A stretch of 64,000 bases of DNA from Fibrobacteria bacterium (lineage in GTDB: Bacteria > Fibrobacterota > Fibrobacteria > UBA11236). The notes beneath the pieces are model-generated. The model did not search any database. It saw nothing but the letters and a program-made list of their open reading frames with translations, and was not told the DNA's origin. The DNA is taken from NCBI GenBank assembly GCA_043732185.1, contig JAYTHY010000088.1, positions 1-64,000 of the forward strand, written 5' to 3'. The position numbers and the translations under genes were made by a program. Below, one piece after another: positions 39,241-48,487 of this stretch (positions are counted from its first letter, which is position 1; each line of letters begins with the position of its first letter).

Positions 39241-41388
39241 ATGAGACCTCTGGATAACTTGCGTAATATCGGAATCAGTGCCCATATCGATTCGGGCAAA
39301 ACCACACTTACGGAACGCATACTCTTTTACACCGGCATCATTCATCAAATCCATGAAGTAAAAGGAAAAGATGGCGTCGGTGCTACCATGGACTCGATGG
39401 ATCTGGAGCGCGAACGCGGCATCACCATTCAGTCTGCTTGCACGCGTGTACAATGGGGCAAGCACCCATATTACTTGGCGGATTCAGAAGTAAACGAAAC
39501 CAATATCAATATCATCGACACACCTGGGCATGTGGATTTTACCATTGAAGTGGAACGTTCCTTGCGCGTGCTCGACGGTGCCATTCTGGTTTTATGCGGC
39601 GTGTCCGGCGTACAGTCCCAATCCATTACGGTCGATCGCCAGATGCGCAGGTACAATGTTCCGCGCGTGGCTTTCATCAATAAGCTGGATCGCTCCGGAG
39701 CCAACCCCTACAAGGTCATTGACCAATTGCGCGAAAAGCTCAATCACAATGCCGTAGCTGTACAGATTCCTATCGGCTTGGAAGACAAGCATGATGGGCT
39801 TGTTGATTTGCTCACTATGAAAGCCTATCGATTCTCAGGGGCCAACGGTGAAATCAAAACCGAGGTTCCGATTCCGGAGGATATTGCTGAAACGGCAAAG
39901 GAACGCCGGGTCACACTTCTGGATGCACTTTCCATTTTCTCCGACGAGCTTATGGAATTGGTTCTGGAAGAAAAGGAAATCCCTCTCAACCTTTTGAAAG
40001 ACGTGATTCGCGCTGCAACCATCCGCATGGAGCTGACTCCCGTGTTCATGGGTTCCGCTTTTAAAAACAAGGGTGTACAACTGCTTCTGGACGGCGTTGT
40101 GGACTTTCTTCCAAGCCCGTACGATGTTAAAAATTATGCCCTCGACATCACCACCAAAAGCGAAGAGAAAGTGGAAATCATTTCCGATTCCACCTTGCCA
40201 TTCGTTGGTTATGCCTTCAAACTGGAAGAAGGCCGTTTCGGTCAGTTGACGTACCTGCGTATTTATCAGGGCCGTGTGGACAAGGGCAAACCTATTTTCA
40301 ATATGAGCACCAAGAAGAAGCATAACGTCGGCCGTTTGGTTCGTATGCATGCCAATGAAATGGGCGAAATCCAAAGTGCAGAATCCGGCGATATCGTCGC
40401 CTTGTTCGGCATCGATTGCGCAACGGGTACCACCTTTACGGATGGCAATGTTGAAGTCAATATGACTTCCATGCATGTACCCAACGCAGTTATTGATTTG
40501 GTGATCGAAGCCAAAAACCGCGACCATCTTGCCAATCTTTCCAAAGCGCTCAATCGATTTACAAAAGAAGACCCTACCTTCCGCGTCAAACTGGACGAGG
40601 AAAGTGGTCAGACCATTATTTCTGGTATGGGTGAGCTTCATCTCGAAGTGTATATCGAGCGCATGCGCCGAGAATACGGCGTGGATTTGACGACTGGGCG
40701 CCCTCAAGTAGCCTATCGCGAAACCATCAACCAACGTGCCGATTTCAATTACACCCATAAAAAGCAGACCGGTGGCTCTGGCCAATACGCCAAAGTAGCT
40801 GGTTATATTGAACCCATTTTGGCCACGGAAGAAGTTCCTGAACCGCCGGACTATGAATTTGTCGATGATATCGTCGGTGGCTCTATCCCACGCGAATTCA
40901 TCCCTTCCTGTGACAAAGGATTCCGGGCCTGTTTGACTTTTGGTGCCATCATCGGCTTCCCGATTGTGAACGTACGCGCGGTCATCAATGACGGGGCCAT
41001 GCATCCGGTTGATTCCAGCGATATCGCTTTCCAATTGGCAGCCCGTGGAGGCTTCCGTGAAGCCTATTCCCGTGCCAAGCCACAAGTTCTTGAGCCGATC
41101 ATGAAGCTGGAAGTCTCCACCCCGACCGAGTTCCAAGGCTCGGTAGTGGGTCAGATCAACCAGAAGCGCGGCGTCATTACTGGATCTACAGAGGAACAAA
41201 ACTTTACCATCGTATCGGCAGAAGTGCCCTTGGCGGAAATGTTTGGCTATGCCACTCAAATCCGCTCTTTGACGCAAGGTAAAGCCGAGTTTACGATGGA
41301 ATTCTTGAAGTACTCTCCCGTGCCTAAGAACGTGGGTGAAGAGTTGATCAAGAAGTACAGCTCCAACGCGTCCAAGCGTCTGGAGTAA
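39241..41388 (+). CDS. fusA: Elongation factor G
   Basis: [46 protein letters not shown]. Confidence 0.97.
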   Translation: MRPLDNLRNIGISAHIDSGKTTLTERILFYTGIIHQIHEVKGKDGVGATMDSMDLERERGITIQSACTRVQWGKHPYYLADSEVNETNINIIDTPGHVDFTIEVERSLRVLDGAILVLCGVSGVQSQSITVDRQMRRYNVPRVAFINKLDRSGANPYKVIDQLREKLNHNAVAVQIPIGLEDKHDGLVDLLTMKAYRFSGANGEIKTEVPIPEDIAETAKERRVTLLDALSIFSDELMELVLEEKEIPLNLLKDVIRAATIRMELTPVFMGSAFKNKGVQLLLDGVVDFLPSPYDVKNYALDITTKSEEKVEIISDSTLPFVGYAFKLEEGRFGQLTYLRIYQGRVDKGKPIFNMSTKKKHNVGRLVRMHANEMGEIQSAESGDIVALFGIDCATGTTFTDGNVEVNMTSMHVPNAVIDLVIEAKNRDHLANLSKALNRFTKEDPTFRVKLDEESGQTIISGMGELHLEVYIERMRREYGVDLTTGRPQVAYRETINQRADFNYTHKKQTGGSGQYAKVAGYIEPILATEEVPEPPDYEFVDDIVGGSIPREFIPSCDKGFRACLTFGAIIGFPIVNVRAVINDGAMHPVDSSDIAFQLAARGGFREAYSRAKPQVLEPIMKLEVSTPTEFQGSVVGQINQKRGVITGSTEEQNFTIVSAEVPLAEMFGYATQIRSLTQGKAEFTMEFLKYSPVPKNVGEELIKKYSSNASKRLE

Positions 41389-41403
41389 GTGGCTAACCTC
41401 GCG

Positions 41404-42483
41404 TTAGCCCTTTCGGAACCATTCGTTCAGATCCATTCCTTTGGGAGGCGCAAGCCTCCTTACATCTACGCCATGAGCTTTTAGAATCTCCATGGTTTTA
41501 AGGGCACCGGACTCTCCAGGTGCGTCCGGATCGTAAGCAACGTGCACGGTTTTGTTTGCGAATAAATCAGCCCAATGCGGTTTGAAAATAGCCGCTCCAG
41601 GAACTCCCACGGCAGGAAACCCTTGTTCAATCAGGGTAAGCGTGTCAATGATGCCTTCGCATAGGTAGATTTGGCCGGGCACTCCATCGAGTACGCGGCA
41701 GTTATATGGCAAGGGAATATGTCCGGACATGGAGAGTTCCTTGGGGCGCACATCGGCATCGATAGCGCGCGCTTGCATATACACCGGTTGCCCAGACTGA
41801 TTGTAATACGGAAAAAGCAATGGATGTCGATAGTAGCGTAGGTGACCGGCTGCATTGAAGAATCCCGTGCGCTCCAAATCGGCTAGGCTGAAATCTGCCT
41901 CCAATTTGCGACTCACTTCGGAATAATTTTGGATCATTCGCAATCCTTGCCTGTCCCAAGTGCGTTTGAAAATGCGCCGTTTTACCAGGTACTGGCCCAC
42001 TCTTCCGCTTAAAGGTGTACATGCGACTAGCAACGCTTTCAAAATTGCGTGACGCAGCAACTCATCCTGGGACTCCACGGGAACTGGCGCACGGGATGAC
42101 GCCACGGAACCGGATTCATTTAGTACAGGGTGCGGCATGACCAGGGGCAAGATGGGCTCGGTTAAATCCGTTTCGTTATAGATAGCGATTGGATGAACGA
42201 TGCCTGGATGTTTTCTTTTTAAGAAGACCAAGGCTTCTGGAAAAGTACAGCCCCGTGCCAATCGAACCAGATCAATGCTGTCGCCTTTCACATCCGGACA
42301 CACCCAACACTTGAAGCTGCCACGTTCGGGCCAGATGGTTACGGAAGGGCTTTTATCTCCATGGGAGTGGTTTTCCGGACGTAGACAGCGGATACGGTTA
42401 TTGAGTACCGGTATTCCCAAATCGTGCAGGACCTCAAGAATCGGGTAGTCCGCCTTCAGCTTATCAATATCGGCCTTGTCCAT
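41404..42483 (-). CDS. Small primase-like protein (CHC2-type zinc finger plus TOPRIM)
   Basis: CLRPENH...DKSPS...CWVC; LLFPYY...YMQAR; CEGIIDTL...GVPGA...YDPDAPG...DLNEW. Confidence 0.85.
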   Translation of the reverse strand: MDKADIDKLKADYPILEVLHDLGIPVLNNRIRCLRPENHSHGDKSPSVTIWPERGSFKCWVCPDVKGDSIDLVRLARGCTFPEALVFLKRKHPGIVHPIAIYNETDLTEPILPLVMPHPVLNESGSVASSRAPVPVESQDELLRHAILKALLVACTPLSGRVGQYLVKRRIFKRTWDRQGLRMIQNYSEVSRKLEADFSLADLERTGFFNAAGHLRYYRHPLLFPYYNQSGQPVYMQARAIDADVRPKELSMSGHIPLPYNCRVLDGVPGQIYLCEGIIDTLTLIEQGFPAVGVPGAAIFKPHWADLFANKTVHVAYDPDAPGESGALKTMEILKAHGVDVRRLAPPKGMDLNEWFRKG

Positions 42484-42534
42484 GGGGATCAAAAGATAAA
42501 AATCGACATCTGATTGCTACTTTTCCCCGCTGCC

Positions 42535-43422
42535 ATGTCCATTGTTATCCGTGAATATGTTCCCTTGGCGGACTATATCTCCTTTAAGGTGGGAGGGCCC
42601 GCGCGCTTTTTCTGTGAGCCCGGCACATCTGCAGAATTCTGCGAAGCCCTAGTTTGGGCCCAGCAAAAAAACCTGGACGTGTACATTCTGGGAAAAGGCA
42701 CCAATTTGGTTTTTTCGGACCTTGGATATCCAGGTCTCATTCTCTATACGGGCAAATCGTTTCAAGAGATCGCGTGGGTGGAAAATCGCGTGACCGTGCA
42801 AGCCGGTGCGTTATTGCATACTGTTGTCACGCAAAGTGTCCATCGCGGATTGGCAGGCATCCAACATTTGGCGGGCATACCCGGCACCATGGGCGGTGGG
42901 ACCTATATCAACGCCGGGGCCTTTGGGCAGGAGCTCAAAGAATCCATTGTGTCCGTAACTTCGGTGACACTGAAAGGAAAGCGGATGGAACGATCCAATG
43001 CCGAATGCGGATTTGGTTATCGGCACTCTCGTTTTTTTGATTTCGAAGAAATCATTCTTGAGACCGTATTGGAATTGAAGTCCGGTGACGCAGCAGCATT
43101 GCACAGTGAAATGCTGGAAACCCTCCGCCGTCGTAAGGACAAACAGCCCCTGCAATTACCCAATGCCGGCAGCATGTTCAAGCGCCCGCCGGGGCAATAC
43201 GCCGGGGTGCTTATCGAACAAGCCGGGCTCAAGGGCCTGCGCTTGGGCGGCGCCATGATTTCCGAAAAGCACGCTAATTTTACGGTGAATGCCGGGGGCG
43301 CTACGGCCCAAGATATTTTCGATTTGACTGAACAAGTTATCGGCCAGGTGCGAGACCATTCCGGAACGACTTTGGAACGCGAAGTCATTTTTATCGGCGA
43401 CTTTTTGCCGTGGCCCAGATGA
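42535..43422 (+). CDS. murB: UDP-N-acetylmuramate dehydrogenase
   Basis: KVGGPA, GKGTN, GIPGTMGG, NAGAFG, FGYRHS, NAGSMFK, KHANF. Confidence 0.96.
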   Translation: MSIVIREYVPLADYISFKVGGPARFFCEPGTSAEFCEALVWAQQKNLDVYILGKGTNLVFSDLGYPGLILYTGKSFQEIAWVENRVTVQAGALLHTVVTQSVHRGLAGIQHLAGIPGTMGGGTYINAGAFGQELKESIVSVTSVTLKGKRMERSNAECGFGYRHSRFFDFEEIILETVLELKSGDAAALHSEMLETLRRRKDKQPLQLPNAGSMFKRPPGQYAGVLIEQAGLKGLRLGGAMISEKHANFTVNAGGATAQDIFDLTEQVIGQVRDHSGTTLEREVIFIGDFLPWPR

Positions 43423-44039
43423 GACGCTACTGGATTTTGACCGGCGCGATGCTGGCGTTTTTCTTGGCCACCTTCGGCATCATGGAAGCCATGCATGTAT
43501 CCTTCCTGCAAGATCCCACCCAGTGGATGCAAGGCTATGGGGGATGGGGCGCGGCGGCTTTGGGTGTCGGGCTGCTCATCGCGGATGTTTTCTTACCTGT
43601 ACCTTCCAGTTTGGTTATGATAGCCCATGGGGCCTTGTTTGGAATTCCTATCGGCACGGCTCTCTCCCTAGTGGGTAGCGTTGGCGCCGCCTGGTTGGGA
43701 TTTGGAGTCGGCCGCCGCGGTGGACCCATGTTGGCTCGCATGGTTACACCATCGGAAATGGTCAAAGCCGACGGATTACTTAAAAAATGGGGAGCGATGG
43801 CCATCGTCATCACACGGCCTATTCCATTGCTTGCGGAAACCGTTTCCATATTAGCCGGGGCTTCGCCGATGAGTTGGGGAAAGTTGACCTTGGCCAGTGT
43901 GGCGGGTTCATTGCCGGCAGCGCTTTTATACGCCTTGACGGGAGCAACCGCAAAAGGATTTGCCAATAGCATTCTCATGTTTGGTGTAGTCATTTTGATC
44001 GCGGGGATTTTTTGGCTGGTAGGCAAAAGGATATCGTAA
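43419..44039 (+). CDS. VTT/TVP38 (DedA superfamily) membrane protein
   Basis: LPVPSSLVM...GALFG...TRPIPLLAE; multiple TM segments; ATGA overlap with murB. Confidence 0.85.
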   Translation: MRRYWILTGAMLAFFLATFGIMEAMHVSFLQDPTQWMQGYGGWGAAALGVGLLIADVFLPVPSSLVMIAHGALFGIPIGTALSLVGSVGAAWLGFGVGRRGGPMLARMVTPSEMVKADGLLKKWGAMAIVITRPIPLLAETVSILAGASPMSWGKLTLASVAGSLPAALLYALTGATAKGFANSILMFGVVILIAGIFWLVGKRIS

Positions 44040-44050
44040 AGGGAAATCAA

Positions 44051-44947
44051 ATGGCAATAAGCATTAAAAAGATTGAATTCAATGGATTGGAAGCGATGGA
44101 GGTGACAACCTCCAAAGCCCGTCTGGTTGTGATCACCTCCATGGGACCGCGTATAGCGTATTTCGGAACACGGCAGGGCCGCAATTTGCTGTTTTGGGAT
44201 TATCCGGGAAAGTATCACCGAGGACAATGGCGCCTGATGGGCGGCCATCGCATTTGGGCAACCCGGCCCATGGCGGATGAAAGCGAAGAATCCTACGCGG
44301 ATGACAATGGCCCATGCAAGGTACGCGTAAGCGCTCGCGGGCTGGAGGTACAAGGCCAAAGCCACCCCATTTTCAAAATCCACAAGTCCATGGGTATCAA
44401 GGTTAACGCGGATGATACCTTTACAATCGAGAATCGAATCACGAATGATTCTGAAATGGTATGGTCGGGAGGGATTTGGAGTCTGACCTGTACGCTACCA
44501 AAAGCGAATACCTCATACGGCATTCCTTTGGGACGAGCGGGGGAGTGGGATATCTTTTCCATTGTCATTCCAAGACGCTGGGCCGGAGCGCAGTCCACTA
44601 AAGTGAATGACAATGCCCTGCGCTATACGGAGGACTGCCTTATTTTACGTCCCAAGGGGATTATCAGCAAGCGCATGGTGCAAGCCCCGCAGGGCATTAT
44701 GGGCATGACGGATCCGAGTGAAAAAATTTCCTTCATCAAACACTCACCGTTTTTGGAAGGAGCCAATTATCCCTGGAATTGTAATATCGCTTACTATTCC
44801 GGCAAGGGAAATTTCATGGTCGAGATGGAGAATATGGGCCCGGACCAAGGGGTGCTGCCGGGCGGCACCATCAGCAGTAAGGAAACTTGGATGTTACGTA
44901 AGCCGGTGGATTGGGGCCGACTAAAAGGGGTTTTTACGGTCAAATGA
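44051..44947 (+). CDS. Hypothetical galactose-mutarotase-like (DUF4380-type) protein
   Basis: GPRI...NLLF...GGHRIWATRP...YADDN; C-terminal EMENMGP...LPG...ETW. Confidence 0.7.
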   Translation: MAISIKKIEFNGLEAMEVTTSKARLVVITSMGPRIAYFGTRQGRNLLFWDYPGKYHRGQWRLMGGHRIWATRPMADESEESYADDNGPCKVRVSARGLEVQGQSHPIFKIHKSMGIKVNADDTFTIENRITNDSEMVWSGGIWSLTCTLPKANTSYGIPLGRAGEWDIFSIVIPRRWAGAQSTKVNDNALRYTEDCLILRPKGIISKRMVQAPQGIMGMTDPSEKISFIKHSPFLEGANYPWNCNIAYYSGKGNFMVEMENMGPDQGVLPGGTISSKETWMLRKPVDWGRLKGVFTVK

Positions 44948-45239
44948 TAATGGGGCTACCGGGCAGCGTCACGGGCTGGAAACCTGCTCGACCAGCGGGA
45001 AGTTCCAGTTTGCTTCGATCGATTTTTACCACTACCCATTGTCCATTGCGGCGTTCAATTTCCGTATAGACGGATTTGAATGGGCCGGTTCCTCCATCCC
45101 CACCATAGCCGAAGCGACTGCCTTCCCAGGCTATCTCCGGAATATTCCTGGCGAGTAGAAAGGCTTCTCCCATGCGCGCTATATCGGCTGGCTGCGTATG
45201 ATCACAGGCTCCCTCGGCTGGTTTTTTTCCGGGCTCCAT
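44940..45239 (-). CDS. Hypothetical small protein
   Basis: AAGGAG RBS before ATG 45239; globular-looking 99-aa product. Confidence 0.6.
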   Translation of the reverse strand: MEPGKKPAEGACDHTQPADIARMGEAFLLARNIPEIAWEGSRFGYGGDGGTGPFKSVYTEIERRNGQWVVVKIDRSKLELPAGRAGFQPVTLPGSPIII

Positions 45240-45337
45240 AGGTCTGCTCCTTTGTGTCTCAAAACTAACCATTATTGGCTACTATTGTTGTGGTTCTGGC
45301 GCTGGCTAGCGGGCATTGAGGGGAAGGGGAGTGGTGC

Positions 45338-46933
45338 ATGGGATTGGGAATGTGGACAGACCTGCTGCAAGGAAAAGGCCGGGAATTCCTGGAGCAAACT
45401 GTGTTCCTGGACAGCCTGCCTCGTTGCCGGTGGTTTGGGGGTAAGAGCCGGTCCATTCACAACGTGCTCATTCAAGACTGGATATTGCCTTATGAAACTT
45501 CTGATTGGATCTGGCTCATCCTTCGAATTGATTTTAGGGAAGGGGGTCCGGAAATCTATTCCCTGCCTTTGACCCAAGCGCAACTTTCAAGTTCGGCCGC
45601 CCAAAACATGCGAATGCAAAATCCTTCGGCAATTTTGGCGGAAGTTGGAATAGCAGAGGGGCAAGCACTAAACTTGCAGCCGGTTATTTTATACGAGGCG
45701 GCATTTGATCCCGATTTTAGAAGTCGAATTTTAGAGTGCATTACTTCACGTAGTACATGGCAAGGCCATTTGGGTACTTTGCAAGGGCACGGCCTTCCCG
45801 ATTTATTCCTTGAACCCCTAAGCGAAGTTCAAAAGACATCGCATGTACTCAAAGTGGAACAGAGCAATACCGCACTCATTTATCCAGGGAGGATTTTTTT
45901 CAAAATCTTGAGACGCTTGGAAGCAGGTGAACATCCTGAATTGGAAATCCTCCGCTTTCTCAATGAAAAGACAACCTTTCGCCATGCCCCGCCCTTATTG
46001 GGTTGGCTTGAATACACGATTGTCGGACAACCAGCTTACATATTCGGCATTGCCGAGGGCCTGGTACCCCATCAGCAGGGCGCTTGGGATTTTGCGTTAG
46101 CATCAGCCAACCGGTATATCGATAGTTTACTGATTCATCGAACCCATTTGGAGGCGATGCCTAAGTCGGAGGCTATTTTGCCGCTGGAATTTGCCCGTCT
46201 CCTGGGCCGCCGGACTGCGGAATTGCATCACGCCTTGGCTTCTCATCCTGAGCACCCAGGATTTTCTGTAGAATTTTACTCACCTCAAGATAAAGCACTT
46301 TGGCTACAAAACCTCAAAGTAAAAGTGGCGAGGGTATTGGATGATCTGGGCAAGGTGCTGCCAACCCATTCTGAAGAAAGCGCGGAATTGGGCCGTGCCG
46401 TATTGAATTCCCGAGTCCGGATTTTGGAAGCCATTGCGGAACTTGAGAATGATCCCATTGAAATTCCAAAAACTCGAGTTCACGGAGACTTCCATTTGGG
46501 CCAAGTCCTTTGTACGGATCATGATGTAGTGATTCTGGATTTTGAGGGTGAGCCAGCGCGATCCCTACTGGAAAGAACCGGCCTGCGGTCACCTTGGTGT
46601 GATGTAGCTGGTATGATCCGGTCCTTCGACTACGCGATTCATTCCGCCTGGCCTGGGGGCCGAATAAACGGGGCCACAGAAGACAAAGATTTGTTTTTGG
46701 TTTTAGAACCTTGGGTTGAGCTCTGGCCAAAGCAATTGGCCGCTGCGTTTCTTGAGGCCTATTCGAAGACTTTGGGAAATTCCGCATCTTTTCCGATGAC
46801 ACAACAAAGAGAGGTTCTGCTGCGCACATTTTTACTCGAAAAGGCTGTTTATGAACTGGAGTATGAACTGAACAATCGGCCTACATGGACGCATATACCC
46901 ATGCTGGGAATTCTCAATTTACTCTCCACCTGA
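45338..46933 (+). CDS. Putative maltokinase (Pep2/Mak family)
   Basis: RWFGGKSR, EQSNT, RVHGDFHLGQVL, DFEGEP, DVAGMIRSFDY, EKAVYELEYELNNRPTW. Confidence 0.9.
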   Translation: MGLGMWTDLLQGKGREFLEQTVFLDSLPRCRWFGGKSRSIHNVLIQDWILPYETSDWIWLILRIDFREGGPEIYSLPLTQAQLSSSAAQNMRMQNPSAILAEVGIAEGQALNLQPVILYEAAFDPDFRSRILECITSRSTWQGHLGTLQGHGLPDLFLEPLSEVQKTSHVLKVEQSNTALIYPGRIFFKILRRLEAGEHPELEILRFLNEKTTFRHAPPLLGWLEYTIVGQPAYIFGIAEGLVPHQQGAWDFALASANRYIDSLLIHRTHLEAMPKSEAILPLEFARLLGRRTAELHHALASHPEHPGFSVEFYSPQDKALWLQNLKVKVARVLDDLGKVLPTHSEESAELGRAVLNSRVRILEAIAELENDPIEIPKTRVHGDFHLGQVLCTDHDVVILDFEGEPARSLLERTGLRSPWCDVAGMIRSFDYAIHSAWPGGRINGATEDKDLFLVLEPWVELWPKQLAAAFLEAYSKTLGNSASFPMTQQREVLLRTFLLEKAVYELEYELNNRPTWTHIPMLGILNLLST

Positions 46934-47105
46934 TATTCAAGGGTGAAAAACTCCAAGCAAACTCCATGCTCCCAAGTTTCGCCAGCTCCATTGCCACAGC
47001 CGCTGCGAGCCCTGTGAGCAACCTCACAACCTGATACATCGCTTTAAGTTTTTCTTTCAGTTCTCACATTCCTGTCCGATAATGATAAGGAACAGGGAGA
47101 ACACA

Positions 47106-47969
47106 ATGCACAACTTGAAAATCAGCCTCGCAAAAACATTCATCACTTTCCTCACCCCGGCCTTGTTCGTCAATTGCGGCCAAAGCCCTGCGGCAGTAGC
47201 CGACCGAGCCGATTCCCAGGAAAACTTCGGTGTTGTCAAATCTTCCGTCATGCTGGGAAAAATAGGAGCCTTGGGTAAAGGTTCAGCCATCAATTTGCAG
47301 AAGTTGATATTGACTGCGGTTTCCAGTGCTACTCCCGCGGACACTGTGCGGGATACGGCAACCATCTCAGGTAACGATGCAGTAACGGTGCTTCGTACGT
47401 TAACACTAAAACCATTGCGCAATTGGGTCGTCAGCGCCAAGAGTCTGGACACTAAAGATTCCGTCATCCACTCTGGTTCCACTGCATCGTTTTTCGTGAA
47501 GCCGGCGGATACGTCCGGAGTAACCTTGAATCTCACCTCGCGCTTTTCAATGTATCAAGCTAATTTCAACAGCCTTCCCGACAGCATCAGCTCTTCCACA
47601 TCCGGTACCGGCAAGGACAAACTGAAATTGAACCGGGTACTTCTTAAAGTGGATGGCGTTATTATGAGCGATTCGGTTTTGGCTTCAGGATTCTATGCAG
47701 CGGGTCAGAACGTCAGCGTCTTTTTTGACTACATCACGCCAGGCACGCATAGCGTAACCTTGGAAGCCTATGGCGTTCTAAATACCTACTCCGGTATATT
47801 GTACAGTGGTGCTTCTTCCTTCACCGTGGCTGCCGGCATCGATGATACCAAGGCCGTGACCCTGAATTGGATGGGACCTACTACTGGAACGGGTAAACTG
47901 ACGGTTGTCATCGGCAAAGTCGGAAAAGTCATCGTGAACGGTACCTTGCCGGGTACTATACTCAACTAA
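47106..47969 (+). CDS. Hypothetical Ser/Thr-rich beta-sandwich lipoprotein
   Basis: AGGGAG RBS; signal ending LFVNC; two Ig-like beta-rich halves. Confidence 0.7.
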   Translation: MHNLKISLAKTFITFLTPALFVNCGQSPAAVADRADSQENFGVVKSSVMLGKIGALGKGSAINLQKLILTAVSSATPADTVRDTATISGNDAVTVLRTLTLKPLRNWVVSAKSLDTKDSVIHSGSTASFFVKPADTSGVTLNLTSRFSMYQANFNSLPDSISSSTSGTGKDKLKLNRVLLKVDGVIMSDSVLASGFYAAGQNVSVFFDYITPGTHSVTLEAYGVLNTYSGILYSGASSFTVAAGIDDTKAVTLNWMGPTTGTGKLTVVIGKVGKVIVNGTLPGTILN

Positions 47970-47979
47970 ATAGACGCAA

Positions 47980-48429
47980 CTAAATTTTTGATTGCTTGGA
48001 TAGCCCGAACAGTTGGATTTTATAACGGTTGATGCGGAAGCCCTCTTTACGGGCTAAAGCAGTTAATACCTCGTCCAGTTTCGGGCTATTTACTTCTTTC
48101 ACATCTCCCGTGTCGGTGCAAATGAGATGCACATGGGGCTTGCTTCCCAGGCTTATCTCGTAGTGGGTGTGCCCATGGCCGAAGTCCGACTCGGAGAGTA
48201 TGCCTGCCTCTACCATCTGATTGAGAGACCGGTATAGAGTAGCGCGAGAAACCTTCACTTCCTGCTTCTTCATTTCAAAGACGAGTTCATCCGCACTGAA
48301 ATGCCCGTCCTGCGCGAAGATAAAATCCAGGAGGTGTGTTCGTTCCTTGGTAAAGAACATTTTCTTTTTTTTCAGATAGGCGGAATAAAGCTCGCGGGCA
48401 TCGGAAAGGGTTTTCGCTTTGGATTCCAC
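47980..48429 (-). CDS. Fur family transcriptional regulator (GTG start inferred)
   Basis: TKER..LLD, GHFSADEL, VSRATLYRSL, PHVHLICTDTG. Confidence 0.9.
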   Translation of the reverse strand: MESKAKTLSDARELYSAYLKKKKMFFTKERTHLLDFIFAQDGHFSADELVFEMKKQEVKVSRATLYRSLNQMVEAGILSESDFGHGHTHYEISLGSKPHVHLICTDTGDVKEVNSPKLDEVLTALARKEGFRINRYKIQLFGLSKQSKI

Positions 48430-48487
48430 AGGAGCAAAGATAGGAATGTGGACTACGGGATTGTGGATTCTTTTTGGAGGGATGTCA

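Noticed and set aside
39835..41277. 480-aa minus-strand ORF
   Set aside because: Antisense shadow of fusA, typical of strongly biased codon usage.
43535..44383. 282-aa minus-strand ORF
   Set aside because: Overlaps two well-supported plus-strand genes.
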